Positions 52,997 through 64,000 of a stretch of 64,000 nt of DNA are shown here, piece after piece (within the stretch, counting starts at the first letter, position 1; each line of letters opens with the position of its first letter). A model generated the notes under the pieces. It was not told the origin of the DNA. It saw only the letters and a program-made list of their open reading frames with translations, and ran no database searches. This DNA is from Squalus acanthias (lineage: Eukaryota): positions 30,010,001 through 30,074,000 of the forward strand of contig CM059432.1 in NCBI GenBank assembly GCA_030390025.1. The letters run 5' to 3'. The translations under genes were made by a program, and so were the position numbers.

Positions 52997-53413
52997 ATTA
53001 TAAAAATTTGTGCTCAAAAGTGCCGTCCGGTCCAACTCTCAGCCCTGAGTATTACCACGAAGTTCCAAACCTTCACTATTTTTTTGCTTTCTTAAAGGAT
53101 AGTCCCACTCATCAGAATAAGTCAGTAATTTAATCTAGTTGTTGAAAATGAAAAAGTACAAGCCTCCTTTTTGATCAGGTTGCTGGGCTTTCAGGGAACA
53201 GTGGCCGCATTCTCAGAGTTACGAAGCAATGGCAAATGGCCGTCACATAGTACCGCAGCACATAAGTTCAACAAACAGCCTCAATAAGTGGATGTAAACC
53301 TGCCAAACAGCACAATGCCAGTGAATGGGTGATAACTTTGCTGATGAGGAGGTAGCACTCTGCTTTTGGGGGGGGGAAGAAGGGGGCTATTTCTAGGGTA
53401 CTTCACTTGTAAC

Positions 53414-53536
53414 GATAGCAAAATACTGCGGATGCTGGAAATCCGAAATAACCAACAGAAAACGCTGGAAAAACTCAGCAGGCCAGGCAACATCCGTGGA
53501 GAGAGAAAGAGAGTTAACGCTTCAGGTCGATGACCT
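53414..53536 (-). mobile_element. Penelope-like pLTR 3' end (hammerhead truncated)
   Basis: Near-identical to 44342-44467. Confidence 0.8.
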
Positions 53537-54294
53537 TATCTGTGCTTACATTTGAAATAAAACATAACCGACCAAAGTATGTTTGAAGAACATTCCAATA
53601 CACAGAAAATAGAACGGACCTCTGGCACCTCTTAGAAATAAGCAACATTCCATGTGGGTGGGGTGGGAAGGAGTGGCAGAGAATGTTCCTTAAACCCAAT
53701 TTACAACTGGTTTGATGCAACTGCTCAGAAGTGTTCAGGTCACTATGCGAGTTTTTCCCCTGTTCAGCTCCCCTTCCCCCGCTTCAAGGCTGCTCACAAT
53801 CCACTTTTACTTTTTATATTAGTAAACATTTGAAACAAGAAAATACAACACTTTGGCGAGTAAGGCAGCAGGATTAGTTTTTGGATTGCTGTAGCACAGA
53901 GCCACTTGCATGCAAAGGATGGGCCGAATGGCATCCCTCTGTGCTGTAAACTTCTATGGTTAAAAGAAATGCTCTCCATTGCTTTCCAACCTTCTTTCCT
54001 GAACATACACTGCAGCTGTGCTGTTGTGCTTGGGGCATTCCCTCATGGGAGGGTAGATTTCAGCTTATAATAGTCCAATTTCTGGTAATCAGGGTGTTAA
54101 AGAGCCTCATCGTTTCCTTATGCACAATCCTGCCTCACGTGTGCATCGAGGCTGCACGTAGAAACACACACACACACACGCAGCTAAATCCCCAAACTGC
54201 AACTTGCTCCACCAGACATGACACATTCACATCAAACTTGATAAACCCTCAACCTCAATAAGCAAAATCAGCACAGTCACAAGTGCTCAGATTA

Positions 54295-54728
54295 TAGAAA
54301 CATAGAAACATAGAATCTAGGAGCAGGAGTAGGCCATTCGGCCCATCAAGCCTGCTCCGCCATTCAATACGATCATGGCTGATCATCCAAATCCAGTACC
54401 CTGTCCCTGCTTTAATCCCCACAGTACACATATCCCACCCTACCCCCGTAACCCCACGTATTTAATTCCCCCTAACATATCCCATCCTATCCCCATAACC
54501 CCACATATTTAATCCCCCCTAACACTAAGGGTTAATTTATCATAGCCAAATCAACCTAACCCACACATTTTTGGACTGTGGGAGGAAACCGGAGCACCCG
54601 GAGGAAACCCACGCAGACACGGGGAGAATGTGCAAACTCCACACAGACAGTCACCCGAGGTCAGATTCGAACCCGGGTCTCTGGCGCTGTGAGGCACCAG
54701 TGCTAACCACTATGCCACCGTGTTGCCC
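54295..54728 (-). mobile_element. HE1-type V-SINE, full length, young
   Basis: Nearly identical to 10913-11345. Confidence 0.9.
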
Positions 54729-55338
54729 AATAGGCAGAACTTCCTTTGGAGTCATTCACATCGATAGGCAGCAGGCTTTTTCCCCATTACCTCTTCACTC
54801 AGAAAATTTACTTACACTCTTTCCTTGCCTTTGGGAAAAAAAAGCGGTGATGAAGTTTACTGAATTAGTCCTCATTTATCTATAGATCCATATAAAGGTT
54901 TTGAGAGGGTCAGTCACAATTCAGATGTCACACTTCAATATGTCAAAAGTGTACAGAAAAGGGCATACTGAGAGCAGTTACAGTCCAAGTTCTGTTGGTA
55001 AAGGAATCGGCGGATGGATTTGAATCTTGCAATTTAAAAGCATCTAGCAATCTGTAAATTTCCCTCACTAACAGCAATGAACTTGTAACTGATCTAATAA
55101 CTACTTCACCGCACTCAATGGCCACATGTGGACCATGACGATAGATCGGACACCGCTGGTTTAAGGCTATAATCTGGCAGCACCGTCTCAGTTGCACTTA
55201 TATCCCTTTTTTTTTACTAGTTTGCCCTGGTTGAACTTTCTGGAGCTTTGGAAAGAGCTGATCTTAATACTTCAGAATACCAAGATCTGTTAGCAGCAGC
55301 AGTTTGAGTTATAATGTGAACAAGGGTTTAAACTTCAT

Positions 55339-56016
55339 GGCCTAAAAATTCGGTTGCTTTGCGCCGCCCGTTAGCACCGAGAGGGCGCTAAAGGGGCGCC
55401 AAGCAACTAGCGCCCGGGCGCGGCGCCACCAACGCCTCCTGCGAAATTCAGCGGGAGGTTAGCGGCGGCGGTAACCGTTAGCGCCCCGCAGTGCTGTGCC
55501 GCCGGCGATGACGTCATCGCCGTGCGCAGCGCCCTGGCTGCGATCTTCGGTAGCGCCCCCTGACTTACCGCCGGACACTATGTCCGACGGAGTCAAGGGG
55601 GGGCCTACCTGCGGCCGGGGCGGCGCTAATTAAAGGCGAGGTGCCGGGCGGCCATTTTTGTTGCTGGCCGCCTGCCAGCACCTGCCCCCATTGCCGTCCC
55701 CGGCCACCTTACCCACCCCCCCTGCCGAGTGCCGGCTGCGTTCCATGAGCCCGGCACTTCTCTTGAGTGCCGGGCTCTTTTGCTGGCACTCCGATCCCTG
55801 GTGGCCCAGCTGGGCCCCGGGTCGCGCTGCGCAAGGCCCCTCCCCTTTAAGAAGGGGAAGAAGGTCTGCAGTACTGCGGCGCAGCGCCCCAAGAGGGAGG
55901 CGGGGCGCTTCCAGTAGAGCCCCGCTACCGATGAATTTCGGCTGTCGGGGCGCTAATTTTTTCGGGGCGCTTGGCGAAGTTAGCGCCCCAAAGGTGGCGC
56001 GACTCAATTTTTCCCC
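55339..56016. mobile_element. CpG-rich MITE, young
   Basis: Ends ggcctaaaaatt / aatttttcccc; repeated tagcgccc motifs; paralogous to 63075-63833. Confidence 0.85.
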
Positions 56017-56096
56017 ATATATGTGGCCCTGTAACTCCAAGGTATGCACCTAAGTAATCTACAAAAACAGAAAAAGTTTGAATACTCCTGCCTTAA

Positions 56097-56658
56097 ACAA
56101 CAACAACTTGTATTTATATAGCACCTTTAACATAGTAAAACGTCCCCAGGCGCTTCACAGGAGTATTAAAAAACAAAAAATTTGACACCGAGCCACATAA
56201 GGAGAAATTAGGGCAGGTGGAGCTAGGTTTTAAGGAGCGTCTTAAAGGAGGAAAGAGAGGTAGCGAGGCGGAGAGGTTTAGACAGGGAATTCCAGAGCTT
56301 AGGGCCGAGGCAACAGAAGGCACAGCCACCAATGGTTGAGCGATTATAATCAGGGATGCTCAAGAGGGCAGAATTAGAGGAGCGCAGATATCTTGGGGAG
56401 GTTGTGTGACTGAAGGAGATTACAGAGATCAGGAGGGGTGAGGTCATGGAGGGATTTGAAAACAAGGATGAGAATTTTGAAATCGAGGCGCTGCTTAACC
56501 GGGAGCCAATGTAGGTCAGCGAGCACAGGGGTGATGGGTGAACGGGAGTTGGTGTGAGTTAGGACACGGGCAGCAGAGTTTTGGATGACCTCAAGTTTAT
56601 GTAGGGTAGAATGTGGGAGGCCGGCCAGAAGTGCATTGGAATAGTCAAGTCTAGAGGG
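56097..56658 (-). mobile_element. L2 LINE 3' fragment
   Basis: SRLDYSNALLAGLP..KLEVIQNSAARVL..ITPVLADLHWLPV; (gtt)n tail. Confidence 0.9.
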
Positions 56659-57146
56659 ACAGGTCAGATTAGCAGCTAAATAAACATCATAGTCATGCTC
56701 CAGAAACCAGACTTGTACATTAGTTACACTATGGCAGATCAAGTAGTTTAAAATAAATCTCCCCCTCAATGATAAACTCCAATAAATGGTCTTTTGGTAA
56801 CAAATTTCCATGTAGCTTACTTCACTGAGCGAACATTAAGGCCTAACTCATGTTGACAGAACAAAACGTTAAGCAGGATGCGGGAAGCAAGATGTCAAAA
56901 GTAAGAGGGTAGGGCCAAAGATGCTATTGGGTATGTATCTTCTAAATAATTCTACTTTAAATATGGGGTCAGTTTTGCTCTTTCATCCATTTCATATATT
57001 TTTGACTGCAACAATTAAGACAGACAAGTGACTACTATCCTAGCCACAGGTACTATTCACAGACTGCCATTTTGGGGTGGCCCATGGTTTAGTATTAAAA
57101 CTTAATCTGAAAGCTTCAGAAATAAAATGTTTAGCAAAGAGTTATT

Positions 57147-57285
57147 GGGGGCAATTTTGACTTTGGGCAATAGAGTAAAACAGGCGATATTGATTCAGCC
57201 GCCCGTTATACATCTCTTCCAATTTTAAATTAGGAGCGATATACCGCCTTTTTTTTACATCATCACTCAAAGCAAAATTACCCCC
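57147..57285. mobile_element. Very short MITE
   Basis: TIR gggggcaattttgactttg...caaagcaaaattaccccc; flanks att/aat. Confidence 0.65.
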
Positions 57286-57344
57286 AATGTTTTTTTTGTT
57301 TTCATCAAGGTAAGGGATATTACTGCTGGAGAATGGAGCTATTC

Positions 57345-57725
57345 CCATTTCAGAGATCTGTCAGCATCAAGCACTCCCAAGTCAGGTAAGGAACAGCCAG
57401 ATACAGATTAAAGCACCCTCTACTCTGCCTTAACAATGTGCCTCATCCAATCTCAGAGAAGCACCCCTATTGCACCGGCGTGACATTTTTTGCCCCATTT
57501 TCCACACCAGCCATCTTCTGGCCTCCCTGAATGGGATTACCAAATGGTACCGAATTAGGGACAGATTTGTGCTGTAAAATCCTGAGCGGTAGGAACTGCA
57601 CTGAGACTGCCCAAACTCATTTCACACAGAACCCTTATGTCCAGCAGATAGAGAAGACTTCCATCCAATTAGTCTGGGCTGGATTTGTTCCCAGGTCGCA
57701 GAGGTGAGAAGCCGGTGTACCATCC
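57345..57725 (-). mobile_element. Decayed tRNA-derived SINE of another family
   Basis: Minus-strand head caccggcttctcacctctgcgacctgggaacaaatccagccc. Confidence 0.45.
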
Positions 57726-60119
57726 AGTTCTTTAGCTTAACAGTTGTAAAACAGCAATTATTTCTATTCCAGCAGTTACAGCATCATCTCTAACTACCCA
57801 ACGGTGAGATACTGATAGCCCATTATTTAACTGAGAAAGCCAGGAGTTAATATGCAGGACAGCATGAGGGTTGAAAAGAGAAGAGATGAGTGGAGATTAA
57901 GTATCGCCAAGCATTAGTTTAAAAAATTTGAAGATTGTAGGAGGAAGGTAATAATGAGGGAAGTAAGTGCTTCACAAAGGTCCTGGAAAAGAATGGGCTA
58001 GAAACAGGCAGAGTGTAATGCATTTAATGCTGTAGTGACAGAGGGAGATAAGGTGCTGGGTGTTTGCACTTGTCTGCATGGCATTTGGTAGTGGTGGGGA
58101 CATCACAGGCATGTTAAAAACAGGGAGAAAAACAACACAGAAAATAAGCAGAAGCATTTCACAGTTGCTGCTCTGGTACCTGGTTTGTTAGGTTCATAGC
58201 AAATAGCAGTGGGATAAAACTCTCAGCATCTATTACTGAAATTATGTATGTGTGGGGAGGGGGACAAGGGGGGGAGGAGTAGACGCAGTGAGAGCACTGA
58301 CAGATTAAAGCAGCTCAGGATTAATTTCACTGGCAAGTGGACAAGTCATGGCTTGTGCTGAACATCAGCACAGCCCATCAATCTCTCCGGCTGACTCCCT
58401 TTCTATTGCTTCTGTTCAGAGTCCATTTCCAGCTCATTACTTCACACACCTCCAGCGCTTTATTTACCAGCTGTACCTCCATCAGGCACTACATTAAGTA
58501 CACTTACACCAACAGATGAACTGCCTGTCCCCATCTTTCAACACCTGTCTTCTGGTTAAAAGTCAAAGTGTCACCAGCTTCCTGTGTCAAAGCGTCCAAA
58601 AAGATTCAATGCATTTAAATCATTCCATTTTTAAATATAAAGAAATGTGCCCCTGGGTTTTCCATTGTTTTCCGATGGTGACAAAAAGAAAACCCACAAG
58701 GCTGAAATAGAATTAAAAAAAAGTGGAAATACGGAGCAGTGAGACATTTGATGGAGAAAGGCAGGCTAAAAGTTTGTTCATACTCCTTCATCAGAACAGT
58801 TCTGTTGACGTATCTCAACCAATACATTAATATGTCATGAACAACTAACCTGTATTTCTCTTTCTAGAGAAGCTCCCATTTATAGAATGCTTTCTATGTA
58901 TTAGAACATTTCAGTGTGGCTTTCAAAGAAGGGGTCAGGGATGCCAAGCAGAGTATTTGGTGAAGGGAAGATCGAATGCATCATTGGAGAGGTAGGCTTT
59001 TAAGAGGCTTTTGAAAGCAAGACAAAGATGTGCATAGGGGAGGGGGAGGAAGGCACGCTCCTTGGCCTCAAGGTAGCAGCAAGATGACAAGCCCGAAGAT
59101 GGAACTGAGCCCACCAAATAGGTCTGCAGTACTCCAGGGCACCATTGATAACTGACCAGCCAGCCTGGCTCACTAAAGAAACCTAGAAAAGTAGACATGC
59201 CAATAGGTGCTGGGATTCTTCCACTCAGCTCTAGATAAATCAGAAAACCAAATGCCTAATGGGTAGGGTGGAAGTGGGAAGCTCAGCAGTTCTCTGTACT
59301 GCTAATCATGACAACTTTAACTGGCTCAACTCCAATACTAGCTCTGCACACACTTGGGGTCCTTAAACCTCAGCTCTCCCAACCTGTGCCTAAGTGCTTT
59401 GAATTTAGGTCAGTGAGGTGTGTCTCTAAAGGGAGACAAGGATGAAAGTTTCAACGGTGCTGATTGATGTAGGGGTATCGTCAGGCAGGTGGAAGATGGG
59501 GGTCTTGTTAACTGACCAGATGTGGTAATGAAAGCCACTAGCACAAGTACCTAAAATAGGGTGTTGCCATGTCAGGTTTCAGTCTTGAAGTGGACATCAT
59601 TGTCAGGTTCACAAATTCCACTGCACAGTCCAAGGGAAGGAGAGTTGGAGACAGGAGGTCAAACATGTACCCACAGATGGGAGGTGAACAATGATGAAGC
59701 CCACTCCCCATCTCAGGCAACACTAAATATATTGGAGAATATCCCAGATTTTGTATATAATACAAGTGCAGTCAAGGGCAATTTTCTCCATTTACCCACC
59801 GTCAGCCCCACTTCGCAATGCCATCTTGTTCTGGCTCTAGTGCAAATCCACTTTTCATGGGTCTTCAGGAGTGTTGCTGGACTTGCAGGCTCTGCTTCTG
59901 CCTGGCATCTGAGAGAGAATACCACCAGGTGGAAAATTAAACAGAGGGACCAGTAGGTCCCGAAATAGCTGCAAATAAGAAGGACCTTTACTTGCAAATT
60001 GGGCAGACTTCCTCTTCACAGGGAGATATAGAACTTTTACAGGGAGAAATAGAACTTTTAAACAAACAGTTATGTAACACCATACCAAAGTAAGAATTAT
60101 ATAGCACCTTTCATTTCCT

Positions 60120-60595
60120 CAGCAGTGGCTTAGTTGGTAGCACTCTCGCCTCTGAGTCAGTCAATTTTTTAAAAATTTGTTCACATTGTCCCACTCCAGA
60201 GACTTCAGCACATAAAGCTAGGCTGACACTCCAGTGCAGTGCTGAGGGAGCGTTGCACTGTCGGAGGTCCCGTCTTTTGGGTGAGACGTTAAACCGAGGC
60301 CCCGTCTGCTCTCGCAGGTGGATGTAAAAGATCCGATGGCACTATTTCGAAGAAGAGCAGGGGGGTTATCCCCAGTGTCCTGGATAATATTTATCCCTCA
60401 ATCAACATCTAAAACAGATCATCTGGTCATTATTACATTACTGTTTGTGGAAACTTGCTGTGCGCAAATTGGCTGCCACATTCCCTACATTACAACAGTG
60501 ACTACATTTCAAAGAGCACCTCAGTGGCTGTAAAGCACTTTGGGACGTGCTAAGGTTGTAAAAGGCGCTATATAAATACAGGTCTTTCTTTTTAT
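60120..60595 (+). mobile_element. Deu-domain SINE
   Basis: Head, ggatgtaaaagatccgatggcactatttcgaagaagagcag core, tail. Confidence 0.85.
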
Positions 60596-60936
60596 CTTTT
60601 TTCATGGTTAAGTGATTACATTTGAAGTACAATCACTGTTGTTATGTAGGCAAACATAGCATCCAATATTTGCATAGCAAGATCTAAAACAAAATTAGAT
60701 ACATGACCAGATAGTCTGTTTTTAGTGATTGTTGAATCTTATGGCAACAAAGGAGGCAATTCAACCCATCATTCCTGTGCCAGCTCTTTGAAAGAGCTAT
60801 CTAATTAGTTCCAATCCACTGCTCTTTCTGCATAGCCCTGCAAATTCTTCCTTTTCAAGTATATATCCAATTCAGTTTTGAAAATTACTATTGAATCTGC
60901 TTCCACCACCCTTTCAGGCAGTGCATTCCAGATAAC

Positions 60937-61401
60937 GGGTGAGACTAGAACTAGGGGACATAGTCTTAGAATAAGGGGCTGCTCTTTCAAAACTGAGATG
61001 AGGAGGAACTACTTCACTCAGAGGGTGGTAGGTCCATGGAATATGCTGCCACAAAAAGCTGTAGAAGCTACAACATTAATTAAATTTAAAACAGAAATAG
61101 ACAGTTTCCTAGAAGTAAAGGGCATTAAGGGTTACGGGGAGCGGGCAGGAATTTGGACATGAGTCTAGGTTCGGATCGGTCATGGCCCTGTGGGTAGTGG
61201 AGCGGGCCCAGGGACCGTGTAGCCTGATTCTGCTCCTATTTCGTGTGTGCAATTCTGTTAGATGCAGGAGATGGTTCTGTGATAGATAGTAGATTGGCGG
61301 TTAGGATCAGATCAGCCATGATCTTATTGAATGGCGGAGCAGGCTCGAGGGGCCGATTGGCCTACTCCTGCTCCTATTTCTTATGTTCTTATGTTCTTAT
61401 A
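60937..61401 (+). mobile_element. CR1 3' fragment with a doubled 3' module, inserted in an older minus-strand CR1 (about 60735-61480)
   Basis: TSD ataac; RGHSLRIRG..FTQRVVGPWNMLP; (ttcttatg)n tail. Confidence 0.9.
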
Positions 61402-61609
61402 ATAACAACTGCATGAAAAAAATTCTCGCCATCTCTCCTCTGGTTCTTTTGCTAATTACCTTAAATCTGGTTAGTGACCCTCCCAACAGTTCACTTCAAA
61501 CGTAATTTGCATGAAGCTCTTTGGGACACTTTTCAGAGATGCAATTAGGTGCAATACGATTTTTTTCCCTTCCCATTCCATGCACTCTACAGCCAACGGT
61601 CAGTCAATT

Positions 61610-62056
61610 TTTTTTAAATTAGTTCACAGGATGTGGGCGTTACTGGCAAGGCCAGCATTTATTGCCCATCCCTAATTGCCCTCGAGAAGGTGATGGTGAG
61701 CTGCCTTCTTGAACCGCTGCAGTCCTTGTGGTGAAGGTACTCCCACAGTGCTGACTTTTGTCATAGTGGATTGGTACAACTGAGTGGCTTGCTAGGCCAT
61801 TTCAGAGGGCAGTTCAGTGTCAACCACATTGCTGTGGGTCTGGAGTCACATATCGTGAACCAGTTGGGTTGTTACAATCCGGTAGTTTCATGGCCACCAT
61901 TACTGATACTCGCTTTTTAATTCCAGATTTATTTTATTAACTGAATTTAAATTCTCCCAGCTGCCATGGTGGGATTTGAACTCACGTCTCCTGGATTATT
62001 AGTCCAGGTCTCTGGATTACTAGTCCAGTAACATAACCCCTATGCTACCGTACCCC
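61610..62056 (-). mobile_element. tRNA-derived SINE sharing its 3' tail with the LINE at 28485-29520
   Basis: Head ggtacggtagcata..gagttcaaatccc; 61620-61752 matches 28492-28600. Confidence 0.75.
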
Positions 62057-63074
62057 TAGTAACGCTACTGATCCTATTACTTTGGACAGAGTCGTAGTGT
62101 AATCTTTCTGCAAGAGAAGGTAAAGGCACCAGGTAGTCCATATTGAGCCCTGCAGATTACACCCCTCCAAAACAAACAACCCAATCACCAACCAGGAAAA
62201 AACTAACTCTGTGATACAGTTGCCATGACATGCACTCCACTACAGACACCTAAAAATAAAATTTAACACAATAAACATTAACAATTTAAGGGGGTGTGTG
62301 GGAAATCACAAACCATATCCTCCAACCAGTCCCACAAATTTCCCTCCCCTAACACACAACTCAATCAATGTACCCCACAGAGCCTCATGAATATGTGACT
62401 TTGGGTACATGTCTTCCCTTTCATTCACACTCCAGTCTGCTCAAATATAGCCTGATGATCTGATCAGCTCCCAGGATACCATGGGGCTCAATCTCCATTT
62501 CAACACGACCGAAGAGTTCAATTTACTACGAGACTGTTGCGACATAACTGAGCAACCAGGCTGCAATTCTGAGAAGCCATCACACGACCCCAGCCTTCTC
62601 AGCTCACATCTCCTCTGATTAATAGCACCGCGAATATTGTAGCACTCCCTCGGCACTGCACTGAAATGTCAGACCAGATTATGCGTTTAAGTTTTGAGCG
62701 GGACTTGAACCTATGACCTTCTGATTCGGAGGCAAGAGTACTACCACTGACCCTAACAGAAAGAAAGAATTATGAAGAGAGGATAATTGCAATAAGTACA
62801 AAAAGAAACTCAGGATTGAAAGCAAAATATTACAAGAGAAGAAATGTTAAAAAAAATAAACTGATATGAAAAGCAATTGCACAAAGAATTAGGGAATAAT
62901 GTAGATTACTTTGAATATTTTGCTTCATATTTTAAGATTTTGTTTACTATTTTTGTCTGAGCAATGCCACGAGTGATCTAGTTACTTTTTAAACAATCAT
63001 TCTGGAGCACCTCCCGATGACTCAGTTGGTGCATGCACTGCCCTGTATGGTAGTGAGTCCACTAAAGAGACTTG

Positions 63075-63833
63075 GGGGGGAAAAGTTCAGTTGGTTTGCA
63101 CCTCCCGTTAGTGCCTTAAGAGGGCGCTAATGGGGCGCAAAGCAACTAGCGCCCGGGTGCGGCGCTGCTCGCGAAATTCAGCAGGAGGTTAGCGGCGGTG
63201 CTAACCGGTAGTGCCGTGGCGCTGCGCCGCCGGCGATGACGTCATCGCCGAGCACAGTGCCCCGCTCACGCTCCTGCCTCGATCTTCGGTAGCGCCCCAT
63301 GACTTAGCGCCGGACACTATGTCCGACGGAGTCAGGGGGGCCTACCTGCGGCCGGGGCGGCGCTAGTTAAAGGGGAGGTGGCGGGCGGCCATTTTTGTTG
63401 CTGGCCGCCTGCCAGCACCTGCTCCCTTTGCTGTCCCCGCCCCCCGTGAAGCCCCCCCCGCCCCCCGCGAAGTGCCGGCTGCACTCCAAGAGCCCGGCAC
63501 TTCTTGAGTGCCGGGCTCTTTTGCCGGCACTCCCGATCCCCGGGGGCCCAGCTGGGCCCCGGTTCGCGCTGCACAAGGCCCCTCCCCCTTTAAGAAGGGA
63601 GGAAGGCCTGCAATATCGCGTTGCGACGTGCCACAGCGCCTGGCGCTGCAGCACGTAGCGCCATGATATTGACTCGCAGCGCCCCAAGAGGGATGCGGGG
63701 CGCTTCCAGTAGCGCCCCGCCTCCCTCTTGGGGCGTAACCACTCAATTTCCGGCGCGGGGGCGCTAATTTTTATGGGGCGCTAAACCCGGCGAAGTTAGC
63801 GCCCCAAAGGGGGCGCGATGCAATTTTTCCCCC
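63075..63833. mobile_element. CpG-rich MITE inserted in a Deu-SINE
   Basis: TSD TTG/TTG splitting the SINE motif gagacttgagc; ends ggggggaaaagtt / aatttttccccc. Confidence 0.85.
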
Positions 63834-64000
63834 TTGAGCTCATAATCCAGGCTGACACCCCAGTGCAGTACTGAGGGAGTGCTGTACTGTTCGGGGTGCC
63901 GTCTTTCGGATGAGATGCTTAACCGAGGCCCAGGCTGCTCTCTCGGATTCCACATAAAGGATCTCATGGCAGTATTCGAGGAGCAGGGGCGTTCTCCCCA
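63834..64000 (+). mobile_element. Deu-domain SINE (continuation after the MITE)
   Basis: gctgacaccccagtgcagtactgagggagtgctg...aaaggatctcatggc. Confidence 0.8.

Noticed and set aside
55626..56053. Overlapping 88-139 aa ORFs (also at 63332-63746 and 52738-53035)
   Set aside because: By-product of stop-poor GC-rich MITE sequence; frames are not preserved between the paralogues.

Overview
This is vertebrate genomic DNA, almost certainly from a shark or other elasmobranch, judging by its HE1-type V-SINEs, HER1/CR1 LINEs, Deu-domain SINEs, LF-SINE-like copies and shark-type Penelope termini. The window lies inside a minus-strand gene that I recognise from memory as ZC3H3. One complete coding exon (39245-39410) splices in frame across a 39.2-kb intron to the start of the next exon (1-18). 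The rest is intronic and dominated by nested mobile elements. The most notable structures are: (1) a Penelope-like insertion with inverted pseudo-LTRs, an 18-bp TSD and two intact minimal hammerhead-ribozyme cores; (2) a set of GC-rich, palindromic MITEs with 3-bp TSDs (PIF/Harbinger-like) that carry consensus splice donors and CpG-island-like cores; (3) a 63-bp inverted templated insertion inside a SINE; (4) a CR1 copy with a duplicated 3' module. No prokaryote-type system (CRISPR, operon) is present. Repeat boundaries are approximate unless a TIR or TSD is quoted, and all family assignments come from recall, not database searches.
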